From the NCBI GenBank assembly GCA_001189165.1, contig LFCO01000003.1, positions 190,984-254,983 of the forward strand: a stretch of DNA of 64,000 bases, in the 5' to 3' direction. The position numbers were made by a program, and so were the translations under genes. The stretch comes from Parcubacteria bacterium C7867-005. Its GTDB lineage: Bacteria; Patescibacteriota; Minisyncoccia; Phycocordibacterales; Zambryskibacteraceae. Shown in pieces: positions 1 to 9,524 of the stretch (positions within the stretch are counted from its first letter, which is position 1; the number at the start of each line of letters is the position of its first letter). A model generated the notes under the pieces. It saw only the letters and a program-made list of their open reading frames with translations, ran no database searches and was not told the origin of the DNA.

Positions 1-9
1 CGGGCAACA

Positions 10-45
10 GGCCGGTCACTTCACAGTGATCGGTCTCTTCTTTTA
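10..45 (+). terminator. Intrinsic terminator-like hairpin (probably for a + gene upstream of the window; may also serve truD)
   Basis: ggccggtcact-tcac-agtgatcggtc stem followed by a T-rich tract. Confidence 0.55.
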
Positions 46-1449
46 TAAATTTATTGCTTTGGGCAGGTTCACACTCTGGAAATAATCCAATGTTTTTTCT
101 GAATCACCCTCACCAAGAACTTTTTTCGTATCAACTATTTCTGTATGTAGATTTTCTGGTTTACCGTTTAATAAATTCAAGAAGTGAGACAAGAAAGTGG
201 TGGCATATTCACCTTTACCCAAAGAGAAACTCACTATGATACCCTCGTTCACTACTTCGACACCGAATATTTCGGGTCTATCTTTGGTCATAATGTCCCT
301 CTTGGTGATGATGATACTGCGAAAGGGGCGTAGGTTATTCCAGTTTGGAGGGAAGATGCCGACACTCTCCATATCATCTGCATATGGGAGCCAGTCGTTC
401 TTATCGGCGCTTGTGAAGAGAGGTAGGCTTTTTGGAGGTTCTATACCAGCCATGATGTATGAGCTGATCTTTCTGTTGTATAGATAGGATGCGAGAGCGC
501 TCACCCATAGATTTACTTGCTCTTCGATCTTTAATAGTGCCCCGACAAAATCCTGTGGTTTGTCTACGAGGTGTTCTACTACTTTTATCTCACTGGGGAA
601 TATGAGAGGGAATTCGTTCAATCTCTCTAGAACCATACCCCAGTTGGGAGCGAGGCTTATGATCTCTTTTCTTCGTTCGATAAAGTAGGGGATTTCGCGC
701 AGACCAGCATCGGCTATGAGCCCCCTGATCGCTTTCTCATAATCGCCCTTGAGTATAGAGAGGGCCCATTTGTAGTTATTTAGTCTAGGAGCACCAAAAC
801 GCTGGAGGTAAAAGAAATTATAAAAACCATTTTGTTCTACACGCTTCACGGCCTCAAGGGCATTTTTCATCTTGGTCTCATCGTGTATATCTTCTCCGAT
901 GCGGAGCAGGATGGTGAATTTGTTGCCTTTCAGCGTGCCTTTTTGCATCACTCCTTTACCTGCATGTATATCTTTTAGGATGAAGTGCGGGGATTTGATG
1001 CTCAGCACTCTTTCCTTGGGTATTCCTCTAAAAGAAAGGATCTGTGCCGTAAGTGCGTCTTTGTCTTTGATCCCTGCATATTGGATTTTATCTTTGGTTG
1101 TTTCTAACAATTTGGACAGTTCTTCTACTGCTTCAATAGTAGACAAGCCACATTTGATCAAGGTGGCATATACGGTTCCACCCTCCTCATCACCAACTCC
1201 ATCTCCGATGATTGATATGTTGGTTTGTTTCCCGTCTAAAGAGGTTTCTTCTACTATAAAGTCACTGGGCATGAATTTCAGGAAGGCTCTGGGTAGATTG
1301 TCTTTGCCTGGTATATGAATACCCAGTTTTTCTAGGGTTTCTCTGTCATCCACCCAAGTCGTTTCAGGGAAAAGTTCTGGTTTAAGTGCTTTTTCTTTCG
1401 CCAATTTCTCCATCTCCAGAGCTTTGAGGTGTATGAGGTCTGATTTCAT
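43..1449 (-). CDS. truD: tRNA pseudouridine(13) synthase TruD
   Basis: DFIVEE, YAGIKDKDA.T.Q, GNKFTILLR, NFF..QRFG and GEYAT motifs of TruD. Confidence 0.9.
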   Translation of the reverse strand: MKSDLIHLKALEMEKLAKEKALKPELFPETTWVDDRETLEKLGIHIPGKDNLPRAFLKFMPSDFIVEETSLDGKQTNISIIGDGVGDEEGGTVYATLIKCGLSTIEAVEELSKLLETTKDKIQYAGIKDKDALTAQILSFRGIPKERVLSIKSPHFILKDIHAGKGVMQKGTLKGNKFTILLRIGEDIHDETKMKNALEAVKRVEQNGFYNFFYLQRFGAPRLNNYKWALSILKGDYEKAIRGLIADAGLREIPYFIERRKEIISLAPNWGMVLERLNEFPLIFPSEIKVVEHLVDKPQDFVGALLKIEEQVNLWVSALASYLYNRKISSYIMAGIEPPKSLPLFTSADKNDWLPYADDMESVGIFPPNWNNLRPFRSIIITKRDIMTKDRPEIFGVEVVNEGIIVSFSLGKGEYATTFLSHFLNLLNGKPENLHTEIVDTKKVLGEGDSEKTLDYFQSVNLPKAINL

Positions 1450-1480
1450 GGGGTCATAATAACACGTAAACCGCCCTGGT

Positions 1481-1509
1481 TTGACATTACAGCCTGATTT
1501 ATATACTAT
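1481..1509 (+). promoter_or_regulatory. Sigma70-type promoter for the rpsS sub-operon
   Basis: TTGACA(1481-1486), 17 nt spacer, TACTAT(1504-1509). Confidence 0.7.
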
Positions 1510-1545
1510 ATCTTCCTAAGCTCTCTCCGAGCTTCTTTATTTCTC

Positions 1546-1887
1546 ATGACCCGATCTTCGAAGAAAGGCCCATATGTTGACCCTCGTGTTTTGAAAAAGA
1601 TAGAGGGCAAGAAACCCAGTACTACTGGGGTTATTAAGACATGGGCCCGTGCCTGCCAGATCTCTCCGGAGATGCTCGGTTTCACCTTCGGAGTTCACAA
1701 CGGCAAGGACCATATAGAGGTTTTCGTCACTGAGGACATGATCGGCCACAGACTAGGTGAATTTTCTCTAACCAGGAAGTTCGTCAAACACGGTGGTAAG
1801 ATGCAAAAAGACCTAGAAATCAAGAAGAAGGAGTCAGAAATCGCCGCAGCTAAGGCAGTTAAAGGCGCCGACGCATCAAAGAAATAA
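1546..1887 (+). CDS. rpsS: 30S ribosomal protein S19
   Basis: [25 protein letters not shown]; K/A-rich C-terminal tail. Confidence 0.97.
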   Translation: MTRSSKKGPYVDPRVLKKIEGKKPSTTGVIKTWARACQISPEMLGFTFGVHNGKDHIEVFVTEDMIGHRLGEFSLTRKFVKHGGKMQKDLEIKKKESEIAAAKAVKGADASKK

Positions 1888-1896
1888 TCCACTATC

Positions 1897-2289
1897 ATGG
1901 CCGAAGCAAAAGCAACACTCTCAGATTATCGTCAGTCACCCCGCAAGGTCCGCATAGTTGCTGATATGGTTCGTGGCAAGAAAGTCGAGGATGCGATCGT
2001 CACTTTGTCTTTTGTGCCAAAGCGTTCCGCTCTTCCTCTACAGAAACTCATCGCCTCCGCTCTGGCCAACGCCAAGAGCCTCTCTATCCCCGTAGAAAAC
2101 TTGGTCGTCAAAGAGATCAGAGTGGACGGAGGCAAAATCCTTTACAGGAGGATGGCCATGTCTCGTGGACGTGCATTCGTGATGAGAAAAAGGACAACCC
2201 ACGTCAATGTCACTTTGGCAGAAGGAGCACCAAAGAAAATAAAGAAAGCCAAGACTACTTCTAAAAAGGTAGCTAAAACCACTAAATAA
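1897..2289 (+). CDS. rplV: 50S ribosomal protein L22
   Basis: RQSPRKVR.VAD.VRGK, SALANA; operon position. Confidence 0.97.
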   Translation: MAEAKATLSDYRQSPRKVRIVADMVRGKKVEDAIVTLSFVPKRSALPLQKLIASALANAKSLSIPVENLVVKEIRVDGGKILYRRMAMSRGRAFVMRKRTTHVNVTLAEGAPKKIKKAKTTSKKVAKTTK

Positions 2290-2290
2290 T

Positions 2291-2968
2291 ATGTCACACA
2301 CAGTTCACCCATACTCACATCGTTTAGGAATCCTCCGTGACTGGAAGTCTAGGTGGTTCTCGACTAAAGACAAATACAAAGAATTTCTCCGTGGAGATAT
2401 TTTGATCCGCGGATTTCTCGAGAAGAAGCTCAAGGGATTTTTCGTATCAGATATAGAAGTAGAGAGGAGTGAGAAGGCGGTCAGAGTTATCATCTCTACC
2501 TCACGTCCGGGTATGATCATCGGCAGATCAGGGGACGGTGCCACAAAACTACGAGAAAGTATCACTAAACTATTGAACAAGCACAAACTACTTGATCCAA
2601 AAGTAGAGATAAAGCTCGACATCAAAGAAATCCGCTCTCCAGAATCAAATGCAACCATAGTCTCTCAGATGGTGGTTGAAGGTCTCGAAAAGAGATTGCC
2701 TTTCCGTCGTGTGATGAAGTCCACCCTTGAGAAGGTCATGGCGAACAGGGATGTCTTGGGTGTTCGCGTTCTGTGTTCTGGTAGACTCGGAGGTGCGACT
2801 ATGTCTCGTTCAGAAGACAGAAAGCTCGGCCGTCTACCACTCCAGACATTTAGAGCAGATGTCGACTATGCATGCACCAAAGCGGTTATGCCTTATGGTA
2901 CTTTGGGTGTAAAGGTTTGGATCTACAAGGGAGACATTTTCGATAAGGATATTCTTCTCAAGAAATAA
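2291..2968 (+). CDS. rpsC: 30S ribosomal protein S3
   Basis: VHP..RLG, RPGMIIG, GRLGGA, YGTLGVKVWI. Confidence 0.97.
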   Translation: MSHTVHPYSHRLGILRDWKSRWFSTKDKYKEFLRGDILIRGFLEKKLKGFFVSDIEVERSEKAVRVIISTSRPGMIIGRSGDGATKLRESITKLLNKHKLLDPKVEIKLDIKEIRSPESNATIVSQMVVEGLEKRLPFRRVMKSTLEKVMANRDVLGVRVLCSGRLGGATMSRSEDRKLGRLPLQTFRADVDYACTKAVMPYGTLGVKVWIYKGDIFDKDILLKK

Positions 2969-2979
2969 TTTTTAATATC

Positions 2980-3399
2980 ATGTTAGCTCCCAAAAAAGTT
3001 AAATACAGAAAGTGGCATACGATGAGGAAAAACCCTAAGAAGGTTGGTCCTGCTACGCGTGGTACGACAGTGTCGTTTGGTTCTTTTGGCATCAAAGCTA
3101 CAGCACCAATGCGCATCAAATCAAATCAGCTCGAAGCAGCTAGAAAAGTTCTATCCAAATCTATAGGCAAGTCTGGTCGTCTTTGGATTCGTATTTTCCC
3201 TGACATGCCTTATACTGCGAAGCCAGCAGAAGTGAAGCTCGGTAAGGGTAAGGGAGACCTCCAGGGGTATGTCGCTCCGGTTCGAGCGGGGACAGTGATC
3301 TTCGAGGTAGACGGAGTAGCAGAGGCGATAGCCAGAGAGGCCCTAAGAAAAGCGGGGACGAAACTTCCAGTAAAGACCAAGATCGTCTCACGCATATAA
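2980..3399 (+). CDS. rplP: 50S ribosomal protein L16
   Basis: MLAPKKVKYRK, WIRIFPD, GKGKG, KLPVKT. Confidence 0.97.
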   Translation: MLAPKKVKYRKWHTMRKNPKKVGPATRGTTVSFGSFGIKATAPMRIKSNQLEAARKVLSKSIGKSGRLWIRIFPDMPYTAKPAEVKLGKGKGDLQGYVAPVRAGTVIFEVDGVAEAIAREALRKAGTKLPVKTKIVSRI

Positions 3400-3403
3400 A
3401 TAT

Positions 3404-3589
3404 ATGAAAAAAATAAGCTACAAAGATAAAGATCAGAAGGATTTACAGAAAGCACTCTCAGAAAAGAGAGTGACTCTAAGAGACTTCAGATTTGCGGTGG
3501 CTGGTTCAAAGACGAGGAACGTCAAGGAAGGCAAGGCAGCCAAGAAAGATATCGCCCGAATCCTCACTGAGCTAAACCACAACAAGTAA
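3404..3589 (+). CDS. rpmC: 50S ribosomal protein L29
   Basis: LRDFRF...KKDIARILT; position. Confidence 0.93.
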   Translation: MKKISYKDKDQKDLQKALSEKRVTLRDFRFAVAGSKTRNVKEGKAAKKDIARILTELNHNK

Positions 3590-3593
3590 TACC

Positions 3594-3836
3594 ATGACCA
3601 AAAAAACCGAAACAAAGAAAAAAATTTTTGAAGGAATAGTCGTCTCTGACAAGATGAAAGACACTGTGGTTGTCCTTATCGAACGATACGAGAAGCATCC
3701 AAAGTACGGCAAATTCATCAAACACAAGAAAAAGTTCAAAGCTCATGATGCTGGTAACACCAAGAAGATCGGTGACAAGGTGAGGATCGCAGAAACCAAA
3801 CCGATATCGAAAGATAAGAAGTTTGTGATAGTATAA
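3594..3836 (+). CDS. rpsQ: 30S ribosomal protein S17
   Basis: GIVVSDKMKDTVVV, HPKYGK, ETKPISK. Confidence 0.97.
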   Translation: MTKKTETKKKIFEGIVVSDKMKDTVVVLIERYEKHPKYGKFIKHKKKFKAHDAGNTKKIGDKVRIAETKPISKDKKFVIV

Positions 3837-3842
3837 TCCGCC

Positions 3843-4214
3843 ATGGTACAACCACAATCCATCGTCCAAATCGCAGACAACTCCGGAGGCAAGATCGGCA
3901 GAGTTTTCAAAGTGCTCGGCAGTTCAAAGAAGCGATACGCTTCGATCGGAGAGATCGTGGTTCTCTCAGTCCAGAAAGCAGAACCCAGAAAAGCGGTCAA
4001 GAAAAAGGACATCCTCTATGCAGTGGTGGTCCGCCAAAAGGCACCTTTCAGGCGAGCAGACGGTACCCACATTCGCTTTGATGAGAACGCGGTAGTGATC
4101 CTCGACAAAGCCAAAAAAGAGCCACAAGCAGGACGTGTGTTCGGTCCCATCCCTCGAGAAATAGGAGAGAAGGGTTTCCAGAAAATTATTTCTTTGGCTC
4201 AAGAAGTCGTATAA
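3843..4214 (+). CDS. rplN: 50S ribosomal protein L14
   Basis: ADNSG, FDENAVV, RVFGPIPRE. Confidence 0.97.
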   Translation: MVQPQSIVQIADNSGGKIGRVFKVLGSSKKRYASIGEIVVLSVQKAEPRKAVKKKDILYAVVVRQKAPFRRADGTHIRFDENAVVILDKAKKEPQAGRVFGPIPREIGEKGFQKIISLAQEVV

Positions 4215-4219
4215 AATTT

Positions 4220-4528
4220 ATGAAAATCAAGAAAAACGACACAGTATTCATACGCTCAGGCAAAGACAAAGGCAAGACTGGTAAGGTCTTGAAGTCCTTT
4301 CCTCGTGACGCCAAGGTTCTGGTCGAAGGCGTGAATCTCCGCAAGAGACACAACAAAGCCAAGAAGTCAGGGGGTAAGGGTGAGATAGTGGAACTCGCTT
4401 TCCCAATCCCTGTATCAACCGTTTCTCTACTTGATCCAAAGACCAAGAAGCCAACCCGTGTAGGGATGAAGATGGTCGGAGGTAAAAACGTTCGTGTGGC
4501 CAAGAAGTCTGGAGCAAGTATCGAATAG
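4220..4528 (+). CDS. rplX: 50S ribosomal protein L24
   Basis: KOW motif SGKDKGKTGKV, VEGVN. Confidence 0.97.
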   Translation: MKIKKNDTVFIRSGKDKGKTGKVLKSFPRDAKVLVEGVNLRKRHNKAKKSGGKGEIVELAFPIPVSTVSLLDPKTKKPTRVGMKMVGGKNVRVAKKSGASIE

Positions 4529-4555
4529 TTCAAATCCTTCACTATAAATAAAATT

Positions 4556-5089
4556 ATGGAAACTCTAAAACACAAAACAGAAAAAGCGTTCGAAGTTCTG
4601 AAAACCAAAGCAGGTTATAAGAACAAGATGCAAGCACCCAAGGTCACCAAAGTAGTTATCTCTGTTGGTATTGGATCACTCAAGGATAAAGCCAAGATCA
4701 AATTGATCGACAACCGCCTAGCTTTGATCACCGGACAGAAAGCTGCTCCTCGTACAGCGAAGGTGGCTATCGCTAACTTCAAATCAAGAGAGGGTGACCA
4801 CATAGGTTACCAGGTGACTCTACGTGGTGCTCGTATGCACGACTTCCTCGAGAGGTTGATCCATATCGCCCTTCCTAGAACCAAAGACTTCCGTGGCATT
4901 TCTAAGAACTCCGCAGATGAGATGGGCAACTACACCCTAGGTATCAAAGAGCACACCATCTTCCCAGAGACAGCGGACGAAGAGCTCAAAGACGTATTCG
5001 GTATGGCTATCACCGTGGTCACCACAGCCAAATCCAAAACAGAAGTTCAAGATTTCCTCGAACACCTCGGTTTTCCTTTCAAGAAATAG
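4556..5089 (+). CDS. rplE: 50S ribosomal protein L5
   Basis: ITGQK, VTLRG, LPRTKDFRG, GNYTLG. Confidence 0.97.
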   Translation: METLKHKTEKAFEVLKTKAGYKNKMQAPKVTKVVISVGIGSLKDKAKIKLIDNRLALITGQKAAPRTAKVAIANFKSREGDHIGYQVTLRGARMHDFLERLIHIALPRTKDFRGISKNSADEMGNYTLGIKEHTIFPETADEELKDVFGMAITVVTTAKSKTEVQDFLEHLGFPFKK

Positions 5090-5113
5090 TCCAAAAAATT
5101 TATTACACACATC

Positions 5114-5141
5114 AAAACCCCGCCAAAAGCGGGGATTTCTT
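5114..5141 (+). terminator. Intrinsic terminator after rplE
   Basis: ccccgc-caaaa-gcgggg hairpin plus T-rich tail. Confidence 0.7.
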
Positions 5142-5252
5142 GATAAGTGCAGTTTTTAAAGATACTTGACAAAGTATACACTTATGACATTATTACGGGC
5201 GGAACATAGGCAGTAGTCCTTTACACCACCCAATCCATTCGAGGCACCGTAT

Positions 5253-5804
5253 ATGAGCAACTCTGTTGCGTTGGTCGCCATTGATCGTGTGGCGAAAGAT
5301 GTTCGCGGGGAGATCAGCGTCAGCGATCGACTGGTCACGCGAATCGCTGCAAAAAGGAATATCACGCCCGGCGAAGCGAGGGAACGAATCATCGCTTCTA
5401 CGGTGCGTTCGGCATTGAAGTTGTCGAACAACGACGAGAAGATCGCCACGACAGCGCTCGTGATCGTCCACGGAAAGTCGAATCGACTGCCGCAGTGCAC
5501 CAGGCTTCTTCGGAAGCATGATGCAAGTACGGTGTCCGTGGCGTATGAGGTGAAGGGCGAGCTCGCGATGTCGAATGTCTCACTCCGTGTGCTCTGTCAG
5601 TTCGTGGATTTCACTGACAGAGATATGGAGGGTGAGGTGTCCGAGCTTCGAGACGTGCTTGAAGAGATCGCGATGAAAGTGCCGTCGAAAGAGTACGAGT
5701 GGTCTCTCCATCATCGTCTGCGCGAAGGTCTTGAGCGGGGTCGCCCTCTCGCGGCCATGCGTGATGAGATCATGGATGAGATCGATCGCAGGATTTCTCC
5801 ATGA
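5253..5804 (+). CDS. Hypothetical protein (GC-rich insertion in the spc operon)
   Basis: 183-aa ORF with own TTGACA promoter (5166); ATGA overlap with the next ORF. Confidence 0.7.
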   Translation: MSNSVALVAIDRVAKDVRGEISVSDRLVTRIAAKRNITPGEARERIIASTVRSALKLSNNDEKIATTALVIVHGKSNRLPQCTRLLRKHDASTVSVAYEVKGELAMSNVSLRVLCQFVDFTDRDMEGEVSELRDVLEEIAMKVPSKEYEWSLHHRLREGLERGRPLAAMRDEIMDEIDRRISP

Positions 5805-6793
5805 GGAATCCTATCGATGTCTTGTTTGGATCTCGTGTCATCTTCCATCTCAGGCGTCAACCAGCGGCGTTGAAACGCATCGCTGAGAGGATCAAGCCGT
5901 TGCTCATGGCGGCGGTTCATCCGGATCGCAACCATGACATCGGCCCAGAGGAAGCGGCTGAGATCAGTGAGGCGTATCAACGTCTCGTCTCTATGGCGCC
6001 GGAAGATCTTGAACCTCTCATCGCCGAGTTCTTGCGTCAGGATCGTGGAGAGGCGCTAAGGATCCAAATTCGAGATCTCCAGCAGTCAAAGGTTGGTCTT
6101 GAATTGGTTACAAGGAAGCAAGAAGCGAAGATCAAGGACCTTTCGGAAGAACTGTTTCGAGAGCGCGACGGGCGCAACAGATCCTTTGCCGCAGCGTTGC
6201 TCTGGTTCCAGTCCAGCTCAACATTCGAGCCAAGGGGTCTCGAGATGCTCGATGAAAATGCCATTCCTCGCGGGGCTATCCCCCGTGGGATGTTGCATCA
6301 TTATCGAGTTGTCGTCGAGCTAAATGACGGCAAGTTCAGATCTTACCAATTTGATCTTGCTGGCAGGGTTCGGCTCACAGTCTCTACGAGAAACATCCGT
6401 GATGCACGGGAAGCGTATCTTTTCCAAAACCACCCGCTTCCAAATAGCCGGATAAAGGTCAGTTCGAAGCGGGACAACCTTATCCTCATTGGATCTGCGA
6501 AGCGCCTTCCGAAGGGGATCGTTTTGTCACGTGCAATTGAAGATGGCTGGGCGAAGCCTTATGTCGAGAAGGGGATGCAGCCAGTTTTTGTATCCCTGAA
6601 TCGTCATGGCGTGCTCGAGATCGATCCGCTCAACAACCCTCTGTTGGATGGGGTTGGTACAATTGTTGACCTGATCGATCTGGATAGTGCCCGACGGAAA
6701 CTGGTCGGGCCGGGTGGTCGGGGGAGTGGAAATAGGGATAACCTTAAAACCCGTCTTGCAGAGCACAAGCAACGCAAGCGCCAGAAGAAGTAA
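5801..6793 (+). CDS. Hypothetical protein with a J-domain-like HPD motif and coiled coil
   Basis: LMAAVHPDRN...EAAEISEAYQRL resembles J-domain helices II/III. Confidence 0.65.
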   Translation: MRNPIDVLFGSRVIFHLRRQPAALKRIAERIKPLLMAAVHPDRNHDIGPEEAAEISEAYQRLVSMAPEDLEPLIAEFLRQDRGEALRIQIRDLQQSKVGLELVTRKQEAKIKDLSEELFRERDGRNRSFAAALLWFQSSSTFEPRGLEMLDENAIPRGAIPRGMLHHYRVVVELNDGKFRSYQFDLAGRVRLTVSTRNIRDAREAYLFQNHPLPNSRIKVSSKRDNLILIGSAKRLPKGIVLSRAIEDGWAKPYVEKGMQPVFVSLNRHGVLEIDPLNNPLLDGVGTIVDLIDLDSARRKLVGPGGRGSGNRDNLKTRLAEHKQRKRQKK

Positions 6794-6807
6794 TCTGGCG
6801 CTTTTTT
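6778..6807 (+). terminator. Terminator overlapping the stop of the inserted gene
   Basis: gcgccaga...tctggcgc plus TTTTTT. Confidence 0.7.
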
Positions 6808-6880
6808 AATATAAAACATGAGCAAGATCACCCTGCCATGACTATCGTGGTTATAGTGGGGAGGAGGGTAAGAGCCTTAT

Positions 6881-6909
6881 TTGACAAGGGGGGACTGGGC
6901 TGATAAGCT
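6881..6909 (+). promoter_or_regulatory. Promoter for the rpsN sub-operon
   Basis: TTGACA(6881), 17 nt spacer, TAAGCT with extended TG. Confidence 0.6.
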
Positions 6910-6944
6910 GAATTACCAGCTTTTCGAAGCTATTTTTATTAAAT

Positions 6945-7130
6945 ATGGCAAAAACATCAGTAATCGCAAGGTCAAAAAAGATCCCCAAGTTCAGCACTCG
7001 GGCTACTCATCGTTGCTTCAAGTGTGGCCGTGGAAGGGGTTTTATGAGGGACTTTGATCTTTGCCGTATTTGTTTCAGAGAACTTGCGAACGAAGGCAAG
7101 ATTCCTGGAGTTAAAAAATCTTCCTGGTAA
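6945..7130 (+). CDS. rpsN: 30S ribosomal protein S14, Zn-binding type Z
   Basis: 61 aa; RCFKCGR...LCRICFRE...GVKKSSW. Confidence 0.97.
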   Translation: MAKTSVIARSKKIPKFSTRATHRCFKCGRGRGFMRDFDLCRICFRELANEGKIPGVKKSSW

Positions 7131-7141
7131 TTTCATTTTCT

Positions 7142-7528
7142 ATGGATCCTATCGCAAACATGCTCGTACAGTTAACCAACGCAGGCTCAGCCGGCAGGGA
7201 TACTGTTTCTGTTCCTTACTCTCAAATCAAAGAAAATATCGCTAATGTTCTAAAAGCAGAAGGTTTTATAAAGGGCGTAGAAAAGAAAATGGAATCCAAG
7301 AAACCAGTTCTCTCCATAGAACTCATTCTTGAAAATCGTATTCCAAAGATCAAAGGGATCAAGAGACTTTCTAAAACATCCAAACGTGTCTACAAGAAAT
7401 CTGCAGAAATCCGCCCAGTGAAAAATGGATATGGCGCGATCGTTCTATCCACTCCAAAAGGAGTCATGTCAGGCAGAGATGCCAAGAAACAGAAACTTGG
7501 AGGCGAAGCGCTTTTCAATATCTGGTAG
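7142..7528 (+). CDS. rpsH: 30S ribosomal protein S8
   Basis: MDPIANML, LSTPKGVM, GGE. Confidence 0.97.
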   Translation: MDPIANMLVQLTNAGSAGRDTVSVPYSQIKENIANVLKAEGFIKGVEKKMESKKPVLSIELILENRIPKIKGIKRLSKTSKRVYKKSAEIRPVKNGYGAIVLSTPKGVMSGRDAKKQKLGGEALFNIW

Positions 7529-7552
7529 ACCGAGAAGCTCAAAAATAAATAT

Positions 7553-8086
7553 ATGTCACGTATAGGCAAACAAATCATCACCCTTCCAGAAAAAACCGAG
7601 ATCTCATTCTCAGGTTCTACTGTCTCAGTCAAAGGACCACTTGGAGATCTTTCCAAAATTTTCAATCCAATCATCGAAGTAAAGGTAGAAGGCAAAGAAG
7701 TCACTCTAAAACCAAAACGAGAAACTTTAGAATCCAGAGCATTGTGGGGATCATACGCTTCACATCTAAAGAACATGGTCTCAGGGGTAAACAAACCATT
7801 TGAGAAGAAACTCATCCTAGAAGGCATCGGTTATAAATCAGAAGTAAAAGGCGACACTATCGTACTCGCACTCGGATTTTCTCACCCAGTAAATGTTTCT
7901 GTACCAAAGGGACTAAAGGTCACCGCTGAAAAAAACATCATCACTGTATCTGGTATAGACAAAGAAGCGGTTGGAGAATTTACAGCCAAGCTCAGAGCCC
8001 TAAAGAAACCAGAACCTTATAAGGGTAAGGGCATGAGGTATGAGGGCGAAGTGATCAAACGCAAGCAGGGCAAGAAATCTGCATAG
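7553..8086 (+). CDS. rplF: 50S ribosomal protein L6
   Basis: MSRIGK, LGFSHP, PEPYKGKG. Confidence 0.97.
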   Translation: MSRIGKQIITLPEKTEISFSGSTVSVKGPLGDLSKIFNPIIEVKVEGKEVTLKPKRETLESRALWGSYASHLKNMVSGVNKPFEKKLILEGIGYKSEVKGDTIVLALGFSHPVNVSVPKGLKVTAEKNIITVSGIDKEAVGEFTAKLRALKKPEPYKGKGMRYEGEVIKRKQGKKSA

Positions 8087-8110
8087 CTCAACAAGTTCAA
8101 TACAAATAAA

Positions 8111-8425
8111 ATGGCTACTACATCAGAAAAAAGAATACGCAATCACAGAAAAATCCGAACAACAGTTTCTGGTACTTCAGAACGCCCACGTCTTTCTGTT
8201 TTCAAGTCAAACACCACCATATACGCACAGCTCATCAATGATGATGCGGGCATTACTCTCGCAGCAGCCAAAGGTACTGATGCAATAAAGGTAGGCAAAG
8301 ACATAGCCAAGGCAGGAATGAGCAAGAAGGTAGAAGCAGTTGTTTTCGACAGAGGTGGATATGTGTACACAGGCAAAGTAAAAGCTTTGGCCGACAGCGC
8401 CAGGGAATCCGGACTTAAATTTTAA
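8111..8425 (+). CDS. rplR: 50S ribosomal protein L18
   Basis: [29 protein letters not shown]. Confidence 0.97.
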   Translation: MATTSEKRIRNHRKIRTTVSGTSERPRLSVFKSNTTIYAQLINDDAGITLAAAKGTDAIKVGKDIAKAGMSKKVEAVVFDRGGYVYTGKVKALADSARESGLKF

Positions 8426-8430
8426 TTATC

Positions 8431-9075
8431 ATGGACGAAACACTAAACACAACAGAAGAGAAAGTTATCAGCACTGATACACCGGTGGTCTCTGATGTTG
8501 TACCCGGAGTTGTTCCTGCAGCAGCAGATAAGCCAGCTTTTAATCGAGGAGATAGAGGGGGAGACAGGGGTCGCGGTAAAAACAATAATCGCAGATCACC
8601 AAGGAGAGATGGTCAGAGGAGTAAACCAGAATTTGATCAGAAGATCGTCAGTCTTCGTCGAGTGACCCGTGTGACCTCCGGAGGACGCCGTTTCGCTTTC
8701 TCTGCTTGTGTTGTAGCTGGTAATAAGAAGGGTATGGTAGGCGTAGGACAAGGTAAGGCATCTGACACACCACTAGCTATAGAGAAGGCTTTCAGAGATG
8801 CTCGCAAGAATATGATAACCGTGAATATGACAAAAAATATGTCTATTCCCCACGAAGTAGATGCCAAGTATTCTGCCTCTGTGGTCAAGATCATGCCGGC
8901 TCCAGGCAAAGGTATCCTCGCAGGAAGTTCTGTCCGTACAGTGATCGAACTTGCAGGACTCAAAGAGATTTCTTCTAAACTACTTTCAAGATCCAAGAAC
9001 ACCGTGAACAATGCATATGTAGCTATCGCTGCTTTGAAAAAGCTCGATCATACTAAGATAAGACATTCCAAATAA
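8431..9075 (+). CDS. rpsE: 30S ribosomal protein S5
   Basis: RVTRVTSGGRRF, PAPGKG; long N-terminal extension. Confidence 0.97.
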   Translation: MDETLNTTEEKVISTDTPVVSDVVPGVVPAAADKPAFNRGDRGGDRGRGKNNNRRSPRRDGQRSKPEFDQKIVSLRRVTRVTSGGRRFAFSACVVAGNKKGMVGVGQGKASDTPLAIEKAFRDARKNMITVNMTKNMSIPHEVDAKYSASVVKIMPAPGKGILAGSSVRTVIELAGLKEISSKLLSRSKNTVNNAYVAIAALKKLDHTKIRHSK

Positions 9076-9079
9076 ATTT

Positions 9080-9520
9080 ATGCAACTCCATACACTAAAA
9101 GCAAAGACAAAACGAGTCACATCACAGCAGGTTGGTCGTGGTGGTAAACGAGGTAAAACTTCTGGTAAAGGTACCAAGGGCCAGAACGCTCGTGCTGGAC
9201 GTAAGAAGCGCCCAGAGCTCAGAGACTTCATCAAACGATTTCCTAAACTTCGTGGACGTGGAGTTTCTCCCTTCAAGTCAAGACAAGTTAAACCCCTCGC
9301 AGTTAATCTGGGTTCAGTGGAGGCGATGTTTGCCCTCGGTGAAGTAGTGAACAAAGATTCGATTATCTCAAAAGGTATAGTTTCAGCTAAAAAAGCTAAG
9401 GGTTCCACAATAAAAATTCTAGGTAACGGAGATTTCACCAAAAAACTTTCTTTCGAAGGAGTTTTGGTTTCTGAATCAGCCAAAAAAGCTATAGAGGGAG
9501 CAGGGGGAAGTATAAAATAA
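9080..9520 (+). CDS. rplO: 50S ribosomal protein L15
   Basis: GRGGKRGKTSGKGTKGQ, KILGNG; directly follows rpsE (no rpmD). Confidence 0.97.
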   Translation: MQLHTLKAKTKRVTSQQVGRGGKRGKTSGKGTKGQNARAGRKKRPELRDFIKRFPKLRGRGVSPFKSRQVKPLAVNLGSVEAMFALGEVVNKDSIISKGIVSAKKAKGSTIKILGNGDFTKKLSFEGVLVSESAKKAIEGAGGSIK

Positions 9521-9524
9521 TACG

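Noticed and set aside
6828-6870. Possible riboswitch or structured RNA upstream of the rpsN promoter
   Set aside because: Only weak, imperfect pairing, located upstream of the promoter, and no recognisable family motif.
9075-9080. Missing rpmD (L30) between rpsE and rplO
   Set aside because: A known general CPR trait; used for taxonomy only, not novel.
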